Below are positions 1-9,900 of a stretch of DNA of 64,000 bases, piece by piece. Below the pieces are notes generated by a model. It saw only the letters and a program-made list of their open reading frames with translations, was not told the origin of the DNA and did not search any database. Every line of letters starts with the position of its first letter. Positions within the stretch are counted from its first letter, which is position 1. The DNA comes from Squalus acanthias (lineage: Eukaryota): assembly GCA_030390025.1 (NCBI GenBank), contig CM059430.1:73222001-73286000 (forward strand). The letters run 5' to 3'. The translations under genes were made by a program, and so were the position numbers.

Positions 1-137
1 AACAGGTGTAGGTCATTCAGCTCTTCGAGCCTGTTACCCCATTCAATTATGATGTGGAGATGCCGGCGTTGGACTGGGGTGGACAAAAATGAGAAGTCGC
101 ACAACACCAGGTTATAGTCCAACAGATTTATTTAATT

Positions 138-176
138 TTACAAGCTTTCGAAGCAGTTCGCTCCTTCGACAGGTAA
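138..176 (-). ncRNA. Second hammerhead copy with core mutation (CUGUCGA)
   Basis: Reverse complement of 2076-2114 except position 169, which changes core A6 to U. Confidence 0.7.
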
Positions 177-394
177 GTTAGCAATGAGAGAATCTCCCAG
201 AATTCACAATTTAAACCCAGACAAAATCTATTCACATTATTCCCTGCAACAAAGAGCACAGTCAAGACAATGAGATGTGTCCCAGGGGGTCCAACGTGTC
301 AAACCACCTGCTGGCTGCATATCCTGTCAATTTGTGTTCTTGTGTTAGCCTTTTTAAAAAAAAAACACCTGGGAAGACCGGCCATGATGTCAAG

Positions 395-1831
395 TCACGT
401 TCTGTATCGTGACATGAACCCGATATCGCGATTGAGGCCATCCTCATGAGTGCGGAACTTGGCTATCAGTTTCTGCTCTATGATTTTGCGCTGTCGTGTA
501 TCTCGAAGGCCGCCTTGGAGAACGCTTACCCGCAGATCCGAGGCTGAATGCCCCTGGCTGCTGAAGTGTTCCCCGACTGGGAGGCAACCCTCCTGCCTGG
601 CGATTGTTGCGCGGTGTCCGTTCATACGTTGTCTCAGTGTCTGCATGATCTCGCCGATGTACCATGCTCTGGAGCATCCTTTACTGCAACGTATCAGGTA
701 GACAACGTTGGCCGAGTCACATGAGTATGTACCGTGTACCTGGTGGGTAGTGTCCTCACGTGTAATGATGGTATCTGTGTCCATGATTTGGCATGTCTTG
801 CAGAGGTTGCCGTGGCAGGGTTGTGTGGTGTTTTGTTTGCTGTTCTCCTGAAAGATGGGTAATCTGCTGTGAACGATGGTACTTTTGAGGTTAGGCGGCT
901 GCTTGAAGGCGAGTAGTGGAGGCGTGGGGATGGCCTTAGCAAGGTGTTCGTCGTCATCGATGACATGTTGAAGGCTGCGAAGAACATGGCGTAGTTTTTC
1001 CGTACCGGGGAAGTACTGGACGACGTAGGGTACTCTGTTGGTTGTGTCCCGTGTTCGTCTTCTGAGGAGGTCTATGCGGTTTTTTGCTGTGGCCCGTCGG
1101 AACTGTCGATCGACGAGTCGAGCGTCATATCCCGTTCTTACGAGAGCGTCTTTCAGTGTCCGTAGGTGTCCATCGCGTTCCTCCTCGTCTGAGCAGATCC
1201 TGTGTATTCGCAGGGCTTGTCCATAGGGGATGGCTTCTTTAACGTGGTTAGGGTGGAAGCTGGAGAAGTGGAGCATCGTGAGGTTGTCCGTGGGCTTGCG
1301 GTAGAGTGAAGTGCTGAGGCGTCCGTCTTTGATGGAGATTCGTGTGTCCAAGAATGAAACCGATTCTGAGGAGTAGTCCATGGTGAGTTTGATGGTGGGA
1401 TGGAACCTGTTGATGCTATCGTGCAGTCCTTTCAGTGATCCTTCGCCGTGGGTCCAAAGGAAGAAGATGTCGTCGATGTATCTGGTGTACAGCGTTGGTT
1501 GGAGGTCCTGTGAAGCGAAGAAGTCTTGCTCGAACTTGTGCATGAAGATCTTGGCGTATTGGGGTGCGAATTTGGTCCCCATGGCTGTTCCGTGTGTTTG
1601 GGTGAAAAAATGGTTGTCGAAGGTGAAGACATTGTGGTCAAGGATGAAGCGGATGAGTTGTAAGATGGCGTCCGGAGATTGGCTGTTGTTGGTGTTGAGT
1701 ACTGAGGCTGTCGCAGCGATGCCGTCATTGTGGGGGATATTGGTGTAGAGTGCCGATACGTCCATTGTGACGAGGAGTGTTCCTGGTTCAACTGGTCCAT
1801 GGGTGCTGAGTTTCTGCAAGAAGTCTGTAGT
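395..1831 (-). CDS. Penelope-like RT (C-terminal part) plus GIY-YIG endonuclease, reading frame uninterrupted
   Basis: Motifs LVTMDVSALYTNIP, GTAMGTKFAP, RYIDD, Cys linker PCHGNLCKTC, VVYLIRC...WYIGE, GLN. The first 17 aa of the track ORF (1832-1882) are antisense read-through of the inverted repeat. Confidence 0.93.
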   Translation of the reverse strand, partial: TTDFLQKLSTHGPVEPGTLLVTMDVSALYTNIPHNDGIAATASVLNTNNSQSPDAILQLIRFILDHNVFTFDNHFFTQTHGTAMGTKFAPQYAKIFMHKFEQDFFASQDLQPTLYTRYIDDIFFLWTHGEGSLKGLHDSINRFHPTIKLTMDYSSESVSFLDTRISIKDGRLSTSLYRKPTDNLTMLHFSSFHPNHVKEAIPYGQALRIHRICSDEEERDGHLRTLKDALVRTGYDARLVDRQFRRATAKNRIDLLRRRTRDTTNRVPYVVQYFPGTEKLRHVLRSLQHVIDDDEHLAKAIPTPPLLAFKQPPNLKSTIVHSRLPIFQENSKQNTTQPCHGNLCKTCQIMDTDTIITREDTTHQVHGTYSCDSANVVYLIRCSKGCSRAWYIGEIMQTLRQRMNGHRATIARQEGCLPVGEHFSSQGHSASDLRVSVLQGGLRDTRQRKIIEQKLIAKFRTHEDGLNRDIGFMSRYRT

Positions 1832-2075
1832 GTTCATGTCACGATACAGAACGTGACTTGACATCATGGCCGGTCTTCCCATGTGTTTTTTTTTTTAAAA
1901 GGCTAACACAAGAACACAAATTGACAGGATATGCAGCCAGCAGGTGGTTTGACACGTTGGTCCCCCCTGGGACACATCTCATTGTCTTGACTGTGCTCTT
2001 TGTTGCAGGGAATAATGTGAATAGATTTTGTCTGGGTTTAAATTGTGAATTCTGGGAGATTCTCTCATTGCTAAC

Positions 2076-2114
2076 TTACCTGACGAAGGAGCGAACTGCT
2101 TCGAAAGCTTGTAA
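2076..2114 (+). ncRNA. Minimal type I hammerhead ribozyme in the Penelope pseudo-LTR
   Basis: TTAC-CTGACGA-A-GGAGC-GAACT-GCTTC-GAAA-GCTT-GTAA: stem I TTAC/GTAA, core CUGANGA, stem II GGAGC/GCUUC, GAAA, palindromic AAGCTT stem III. Confidence 0.8.
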
Positions 2115-2246
2115 AATTAAATAAATCTGTTGGACTATAACCTGGTGTTGTGCGACTTCTCATTTTTGTCCATTCAATTATGTCAGTGCCAATATATATC
2201 TTTCACCTATCTACCTGCCTTGGTAATGTGAGCGTTAATAACCTTA

Positions 2247-5200
2247 GAATCATGTTAGAATGCTGCACAGAAAGAGGCCATTCGTCCCAACGTGTCTAAG
2301 CCGGCTCCTTAATAGCGCTATCGAAGTAGTCCCACTCCCAGGCTCTTTCCCCATAGTTCTACATTTTTTTCCCTATTCAAGTATTGATCCAATTCCTTTT
2401 TGAAAGTTATTTTTGTATCTGCTTCCAGCACCCTTTCAGGAAGTGCATTCCAGATCATAACATGTCGTGGTGTATTTTTTTTCCTCATGTCTACTCAGGT
2501 TCTTCTGCCAATTACCTTAATCTTTAACCACCCTGCTGCCACTGTACACAGTTTCTCTTTATTTAGTCAATATAAAACCATCATGATTTTGAACACCTCC
2601 ATCAAATCTCCCCGTTACTTTCTCTGCTCTTTTTGCTAGTCTACCAACGTCACTGAAGTCTTTCATCGCTGTTAATATTCTGTGCAACCTTTCTAAGGCC
2701 TTGACATCTTTCCTGAAGAGTCGTGCCCAGAATTGGCAACAATCCTGCGGCTGGGGATTAACCCGTGTTTTATAAAGTCTTAGCATTTTCTCCTTGCTTT
2801 TGTACTCTATTTGTAAAGCCAAGGTTATTGTATTTATTTTAACTGCCTTCTCAACTTGTACTTCCAGCTTCAAAGTCTTGTGTATGTACACTCCAAGGTC
2901 GCTTTATTCGAGACTCCCCTTTTAAATAGAACCATTTAGTTTATATTGCTCTCCTCATTTTTCCACCCAAAATGAATCAGTTCCCGCTTCTATGCGTTAA
3001 AATTCATTTGCCACGTGACTTCCCATTTGACCAGTCTGTCTGTGCCCTCCTGATGTCTACTGATGTCCTGCTCACCGTTTACTATATTTACGAGTTTAGT
3101 ACAGAAATATAGAAACATAGAAAAATAAGAGCAGGAGTAGGCCATTCGGCCCTTCGAGTCTGCTCCGCCATTCAATATGCTAATGGCTGATCCTCTATCT
3201 CAATACCATATTCCCCCTCTCTCCCCATACCCTTTGATGCCTTTTGTGTCTAGAAATTTATCTCTCCTTCTTAAATATATTCAGTGACTTGGCGTCCACA
3301 GCCTTCTGTGGTGGAAAATTCCAAAGGTTCACCACACATTTCTCCTCATCTCACTCCTAAATATCATACTCCGTATCGTGAGACTGTGACCACTCGTTCT
3401 AGACCCCGCAGCCAGGGGAAACATTCTCCCTGCATCCGATCTGTCCAGCTCTGTCAGAATTGTATACGTTTCAATGCCATCCCTTCTCATTCTTCTAAAC
3501 TCTAGTGAATACAGACCTAGTCGATCCAATCTCTCCTCAGACGACAGTCCTGCCATCCCAGGAATCAGTTTCGTGAACATTCGCTGCACTCCCTCTAAGG
3601 TAAGTATATTCCATTCAGTACATAGTACTCCAGGTGTGGTGTCACCAAGGCCCTGCATAACTGTAGTGAGACATCCTTGCTCCTGTACTCAAATCCTCTT
3701 GCAATGAAGGCCGACATACCATTTGCCTTCCTAACTGCTTGCTGAACCGGCATGTTTGCTTTCAGTGACTGGTGTGCAAGGACACCCAGGTTCCTTTGTA
3801 CATCAGCATTTCCCAATCTATCATTATTTAAATAATATTCTACCTCTCTGTTTCCCTAACGAAGTGGCTAACTTCACATTTATCCACGTTATACTGCATC
3901 TGCCATGTATTTGCCCACTCAAAACAATTTGTCTAAATCGCCTTGAAGCCTCTTTGCATCCTACTGACAAGTCACAATCCCACCTAGTTTCGTGTCGTCA
4001 GCAAACATGGAAATATTACATTTGGTTCCCTCATCCAAAACATTGATATATATTGTGAAAGCTGAGGATCAAGCACTGATCCATGAGGTACCCCACTAGT
4101 CACCGCCTGCCACCCCGAAAAAGACACATTTATTCCTACTCCCTGTTTCCTCTCTGTTAACCATTTTCAATCCATGCCAATATATTACCTCCAATCCCAT
4201 GTGCTTTAATTTTGCACACTACCCTCTTATGTGAGACTTTATCAAAGGCCAGCTGAAAATCCAAATACACCACATTCAGTTGTTTTCCTTTATCTATTCT
4301 GCCAGTTACATCCATTAGGTTTGTCAAGCACGATTTCCCTGTCATAAATCCATGTTGAATTTGTCTAATCCCGTTGATATTTTCGAAGTGTCCTGTTATC
4401 ACATCTTTAAAATGAACTCTAGCATTTTCCCTGCTACTGAGGTTAGGCTAACCGGTCTGTAGTTCCCTGTTTCCAAACACCCTCCTTTTTTAAATAGTGT
4501 GGTTACATTTGCCACCTTCCAATCTGCAGGAACTGTTCCATAATCTGTAGAATGTTGGAAGATGACAAACAATGCATCCACTATTTCCATGGCTACCTCT
4601 TTTAGTACACTGGAATGCAGATTATCAGGCCCTGGGGATTTATCAGCTTTCAGTCCCATTAATTTCCCCATGCACTATTTTTTTCACTAATACTAATTTC
4701 ATTTAATTCCTCCTTCTCACTAGACACTTGGTTCTCTAGCATTTCCGGGAAGTTATTTGTGTTCTCCTCCGTGAAGACAGAAACAAAGTATGTGTTCAAT
4801 TGCCCTGCCATTTCCTTGTTCCCCATTATAAATTCTCCCGTTTCTGACTGTATCATCTCCAAACAAAAAGAGCACTGTCCCCTGGGATGCAACAATGCGC
4901 ACTTCCCTCCAGTCCGTAAAACAACCATTCACCACTAACCTTTGCTTTCTAACCCTTTGTCACTCTCGTATCCACCTAGCCACAACTCCTTTAATCCTAT
5001 GGGTTTCAATTTTACTAACAGTATATTACGTGGTGCTTTATCAAACGCTTTTTGAAAGACAATATACACAACATCAACCGCAAATCCTCATGCACACTTT
5101 CCCTTAATTCATCAACTAACTCATTTAAGTTAGTAAAACACGAGTTGCCTTTAACCTTAGGATGACTCTCCTGTAATTGCTGAGATTTTCCGTAGTTCCT

Positions 5201-5730
5201 TTTATAAACGGTGCTATAACATTTGGAGTCCTTCAGTCTTCTGTAACCACTCCCATACCTAAGGAGGATTGGAAGATTCTGGCCAGAGCCTCCACAATTT
5301 CCACCCTTACTTCATTCACCAACCTTAGAATAAGCCTATCCGGACCGAGTGATTTCTCTACTTTAAGCGTGCCCTCCTTCATCTATTTTTATCCTCTCCA
5401 GTTTCGCCACTAACCCCTCCTGTTCTGTGACAGAGACAGCATTCTCTTCTTTAGTGAAGCCAAATGGTAAGTACTTATTTAATACGGCAGATATTGTGTT
5501 CTCTGCATCCCAAATGCTGTTTCTCACTGAAACATGCTCCACTTTACTCACTTCATGCACCAGAACTAAATGTAGTACCGCTTCGTTCCTCTTTGGATTG
5601 GAAACAAACTGATCAGCCATGTTATATTGTACACATTTCAGAAATTACGACCATTCTTTGCCCTAAACAATGTTATTTCCCCAGTCCATATTCAGATAAT
5701 TGATTCCCCTTTATCGCTGCCTTCTGCAAT
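2247..5730 (-). mobile_element. Older degenerate CR1 LINE, split by a younger CR1 at ~3101-4850
   Basis: CR1 ORF2 fragments (LQIEYKSKEKMLRLYKT; DRLVKWEVTWQMNFN; AVLHLVLVHE). The host sequence rejoins across 3100/4851. Confidence 0.8.
3101..4850 (-). mobile_element. HER1-like CR1 LINE, 5'-truncated, nested
   Basis: Tail ACATAGAA repeats plus GAGCAGGAGTAGGCCATTCGGCCC hairpin. RT fragments KADKSPGPD, NYRPVSLTS, QHGF..GKSCLTNL, YLDFQ.AFDKV. Confidence 0.92.
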
Positions 5731-6073
5731 TTGCCTGGAAACGGGACTTGATGAAAGCATTCCGAAAAAGGTTTTATAAATGCCTTGTTTGGTAAACTAT
5801 CGTTTTAATCACTATTAACGCATAACTTGATTGACTATTATTCCTCTGCAACTTATTACAGCTCATACAGTCCGAACCAAATAAACTTGTAGAACAGGAA
5901 AACCGTCGAGCAAGCAGAGTGGACTCTCGTCATTCCAAACCAATCACTGGGATTTCCTGTTTATTCTTGCCGCTGGCGTAAATTGTATTGGCACATATTT
6001 ACCTGTAGACGGAACACTTGCTGAAAGTCATGTTCTACCTTTTCGGAGTAGCGTGCAGGAACATGCCTTTTTT

Positions 6074-6670
6074 GGACCTGAATTTGCGATCGGAGGATTC
6101 CCGTGGGTGGATGCCTCGGATCATCAATGTTTTTACCTGCTAGTACGCGAGATACGAAGGCTTGCGCTCCTGGGCCTCTCCTGGTAGAAATACGGAGAGG
6201 CCCACGTATCCTAGGGGCGCATGCGGTTCGGAAGCGGACATGGGATCACGTGGGCCAGCCCAACCATGAAAGAAGGGAATCACCATTCATACTTTTGACA
6301 TTTCTGTACGTATGGAACTGTCAAAAGTTTGAATGGGGATGACTTAAAAAATACACGAACACATGCAATATTTTTTTTTCACACATATAAAATTTATTAA
6401 AAAGGCATCTAATTAAATATTTTAAACAAAAATTGAATTTTTGAAAAAGATTTATCAGTTTAAACGGGGCTTAAAATAAACTTATCTTATTGGACAGGAT
6501 TTTTAATGCATAGGTGAGTGATAACATTTTATTTTTCTATTTTCTAAAACCCTTATGCTGGGAAAAGGAGGCCTTACGCCTGCTTTTAACAGGCGTAAGA
6601 ATTCCACAGCCTTTCAGCGGGCGGAATTTGTGCAAATAGCGCAATCTCCACTCGGACAGGGTCTTTTGCC
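6074..6670. mobile_element. Harbinger-type MITE (one end truncated)
   Basis: Starts GGACCTGAATTTGCGATCGG. Same GC-rich arm / AT-rich core architecture as the copies at 8945, 30093 and 41999. Confidence 0.75.
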
Positions 6671-6863
6671 AGAGAGGTAATACAGCGCCATTATGTCTAA
6701 GAATGTAAAGTACAGTTTTGATTGCGAGAAACGCCACTTACAACATACAACTCGTTAGTGCAGCATCCATCAACAAATTTGCTCGCGTAACATAAACACT
6801 ACAGTGTTCTGGACACTTGCATTCTCCAGATGAAAGAAAAGTGCTCCATAGAGTAGAACACGA

Positions 6864-6995
6864 GGGCCCAGAATTGCGATCGGAGGCTTTCCGCGGGCTG
6901 ATGCCACCGAACCGTAAAAAAATCAGCGAATTTTCCTGGTGGCCTGGGATGTACGGAGACTTGCGATCTTGGGCCTCTCCGGGTACGCGCGGGCA
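6864..6995. mobile_element. Terminal fragment of the same MITE family
   Basis: GGGCCCAGAATTGCGATCGGAGG start matches the 6074 copy. Confidence 0.65.
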
Positions 6996-7218
6996 GTCAC
7001 TCTGACAATCATATCAGACGGCTCCAGTCCATTTGTGTCTTGCTTCCGCGGTCTCCATGTTTCCTATCCATAAAAATAACTCGAAGCATACCGCAAGTTC
7101 AGTGCTTAAATATTATTTGTTTTGGCCGTGAAGTGTTTCTTATGCTATATTTGGAGGAATGCAATTTAGAAAACAAATTCCAGTCCAATTATCTGGAAAT
7201 TTTAAAATTGAGACATTA

Positions 7219-7440
7219 GGACAGATTTTGCGAAAGGAATAATGGTGATCCTGTCAGCTCTTACAATCGGTGGAGCGCAGCTTGTGCATGAAAAGGGCAA
7301 ATCGGACAGCAACTTCTGATGTCCGCACATGCGAAGTTAAATGTGGTAATCCGGAAGTTGCTGTCCGATTTGCCCTTTTCCTCCACAAGCTGCCCTCCAG
7401 CGACACCTTGCCGATAGACTCGGCATTGAAATCCATGTAA
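7219..7440. mobile_element. MITE fragment (second subfamily)
   Basis: Similar to 27972-28150 and, inverted, to 55630-55763. Internal inverted repeat CGGACAGCAACTTC...GAAGTTGCTGTCCG. Confidence 0.6.
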
Positions 7441-7442
7441 GG

Positions 7443-7905
7443 CGTGAAGCTACTGTATTTCATCCATGCCTTTGTTTCCTCTAGACTTGATTATTCCAAC
7501 GCACTCCTGGCTGGCCTCCCAGATTCTACCCTACGTAAATTTGACGTGATCCAAAACGCGTCTGCCCATGTCGTACAAAGTTCCGGTCACCCATCAACGC
7601 AGTACTCTCTGACCTACATTGGCTCCCGATTAAGCAACGCCTCGATTTCAAAATTATCATCCTTGTTTTCACGTCCCTCCATAGCCTTGCTCCTCCCGAT
7701 CTCTGTAATCTCTTTCAGCCCCACAACCCCCCGAGATATCTACGCTCATCTAATGCTGCCCTGCTAAACATCCCTGATTATAAACGCTCTACCATTGGTG
7801 GCCATGCCTTCTGTTGCCTAGGCCCTAAGCTATGGAATTCCCTGTCTTAACCTCTCCGCCTCTCTACCTCTCTTTCCTCCTTTAAGAAGCTCCTTTAAAC
7901 ATGCC
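7443..7905 (+). mobile_element. L2 LINE 3' fragment
   Basis: IHAFVSSRLDYSNALLAGLP, the typical L2 ORF2 C-terminus. Confidence 0.85.
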
Positions 7906-8139
7906 CCGTGTAACCTAAACTGTAGGAGAGAGTGGGAGTGCAGAACTGGTGAAGTTAATGCAGGGTTACTGGTTAGGCGAATGACAAGGGAGCAAGTGTA
8001 CAAGAGCAGCTAGGAAATGAGTGTACAGTTCACTAAGGAAGAGGTGGAGCAGTGATCGGGGTGAGGAGTGATATGAAGTGAAAGTGGAGGTGAAAATGGG
8101 AAAAGATGGGAGAGGCTACAAAATTAATTTGCTAGTGAA

Positions 8140-8860
8140 TCATAGAATCTTAGAAAAATAGAAACATACAACAACGAAGGAGGCCATTCGTCTCGTTGTG
8201 TCTGTGCTGGTTCTTTGAAAGAATAGTAGTGATTAGTCCCACACACCCGATTTCGGTCGTAGCTCTGTAATTTCCTTATCCTCATGTAGCTGTACAACTC
8301 CCTTTTGAAACTATTTATGGAATCAGCTTCCACCACCATTTCAGGCAGAAGGTTCGAGATCTTTAGCCAATGATTTTAAATCTATGACCTCTGGTTATTT
8401 ATCCACTCGGCAGTGGGATTAGTTTTTGCATATCAATTCCATACTCACCTCTCATCATCGTGAAAACCTTTATTTGATCAAATCTTAAGAACATAAGAAC
8501 ATAAGAAGTAAGAGCAGGAGTAGGCCATACGGCTCCTCGAGCCTGCTCCGCCATTCAATAAGATCATGGGTGATCATCGACCTCAACTCCAGTTTCCCGC
8601 CCGATCTCCATATCCCTTGATTCAACTAGAGTCCAACTATCTATCTATCTCAGCCTTGAATATACTCAAAGACTCAGTATTCACAGCCCTGTGGCGCAGA
8701 TAATTCCAAAGATTCTCAACCCTCTGAGTTAGAAATTCTTCCTCATCCTAGTCTTAAATGGCCTACCCCTGAACCTTAGACTCCTAGTTCTAGACATTCC
8801 AGCCAGGGGAAACAACCTCTCAGCATCTACCCTGTCAATCCCCTTCAGAATTTTGTAAGT
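8140..8860 (-). mobile_element. Two CR1 3'-end fragments
   Basis: CR1 tails at ~8140 and ~8488 (AAGAACATAAGAACATAAG...GAGCAGGAGTAGGCC). ORF VVEADSINSFKREL. Confidence 0.8.
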
Positions 8861-8944
8861 TAGCCGAAATTCTTTTAAAAGGACAAAAACCAGTCACAGC
8901 GCCAGTGTCGCCAACATTCATCTCCAGCAAGTCAAGGAAACATT

Positions 8945-9691
8945 GGCACGTATTTTCCGATCCCTACGGGTGTGTACGAGCTGTTTATACACAGGTAGGG
9001 ACCTCGCAAGTGACGGTTTCAGGCTTGCGAAGCGCATGCGCTGAAAACCGGTATTTCCGAAATGTCCAGAAACCTCTTGAAAGATCGCACGCCTGCACTG
9101 GTGAAGGGCCTCTGCGGATGGAGATTTCCGCTGTCTGCAGAACCTCCGCCCGCTGAAATCCCTTAAATATCTTGAGACTGGTAAAAGCAGGAGTAAGGCC
9201 TGCTTTTACCAGCAAAAGTGTTTAAAACTTTTCTTCATTCATTTATAATTTTAAAATATTTTAGGAAAAGGTAATTTATTTTTAGCCCCGTGAAAAACTT
9301 TATTTTTTTTTCCAAAAGACAAAATTTTTATTTAAAATATTTAATTTAATGTAATTTTAACTAATTTTAAAAACCTGATTTTTTAATTTACTTTATTTAA
9401 TGTTTTGATGTGTTTCTGGAGTGATCTCCATTCATACTTTTGACAGGTCTAAGCTGTCAAAATGATGAAGGGAAATTCCCTTCTCCCATTTGTTCCCCAT
9501 GGCCCACGTGATCCCAGGGACGCTTGCGAACCGCATGCGCCCCTGGGATACCTGGGGCCAGCGCATTACGTAGAGCAGAGGCTCAGGAGCGGAAATGGCC
9601 GGTCCTGAGGAGCCCTCAGGTAAGGGCATAGATTTTTTTCCAGAACGCAGGCCTCCACACGCAGGAAGCCTCCGATCGGAAAATACGGGCC
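8945..9691. mobile_element. Full-length Harbinger-type MITE
   Basis: 18-bp TIRs GGCACGTATTTTCCGATC / GATCGGAAAATACGGGCC. Flanks ATT/ATC. Confidence 0.88.
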
Positions 9692-9900
9692 ATCTATTGC
9701 AGCTGCCTTTAGCTCATCCAGGGCCTCTTCCTGTATCTCGCCACTTGCTGTTGTTGTCGCTCCTCCAGTTGTGCTCGCGGGGATCAATGGTGGAGTAACG
9801 TGAAATTAGAAGAGGAAGGGACGGGGAGAATCCCACGAAGAAATATAATGGGGTTCCGAATAGTGATAGATCTGCCACAGCATTACAAGGATCTCTGCAA

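Larger units (their letters stand above)
52..2169 (-). mobile_element. Penelope-like retroelement (Neptune-like, 5'-truncated) with inverted pseudo-LTR, very young
   Basis: RT + GIY-YIG ORF. About 340-bp near-identical inverted repeats (80-419 / 1832-2172). Direct repeat CCATTCAATTATG at 39-51 and 2170-2182 (TSD). Confidence 0.95.

Noticed and set aside
8883-8891. RSS nonamer ACAAAAACC
   Set aside because: There is no heptamer at 12 or 23 bp spacing and it is far from the V exon. No RSS was seen flanking the V exon, which already contains its J-like strand.
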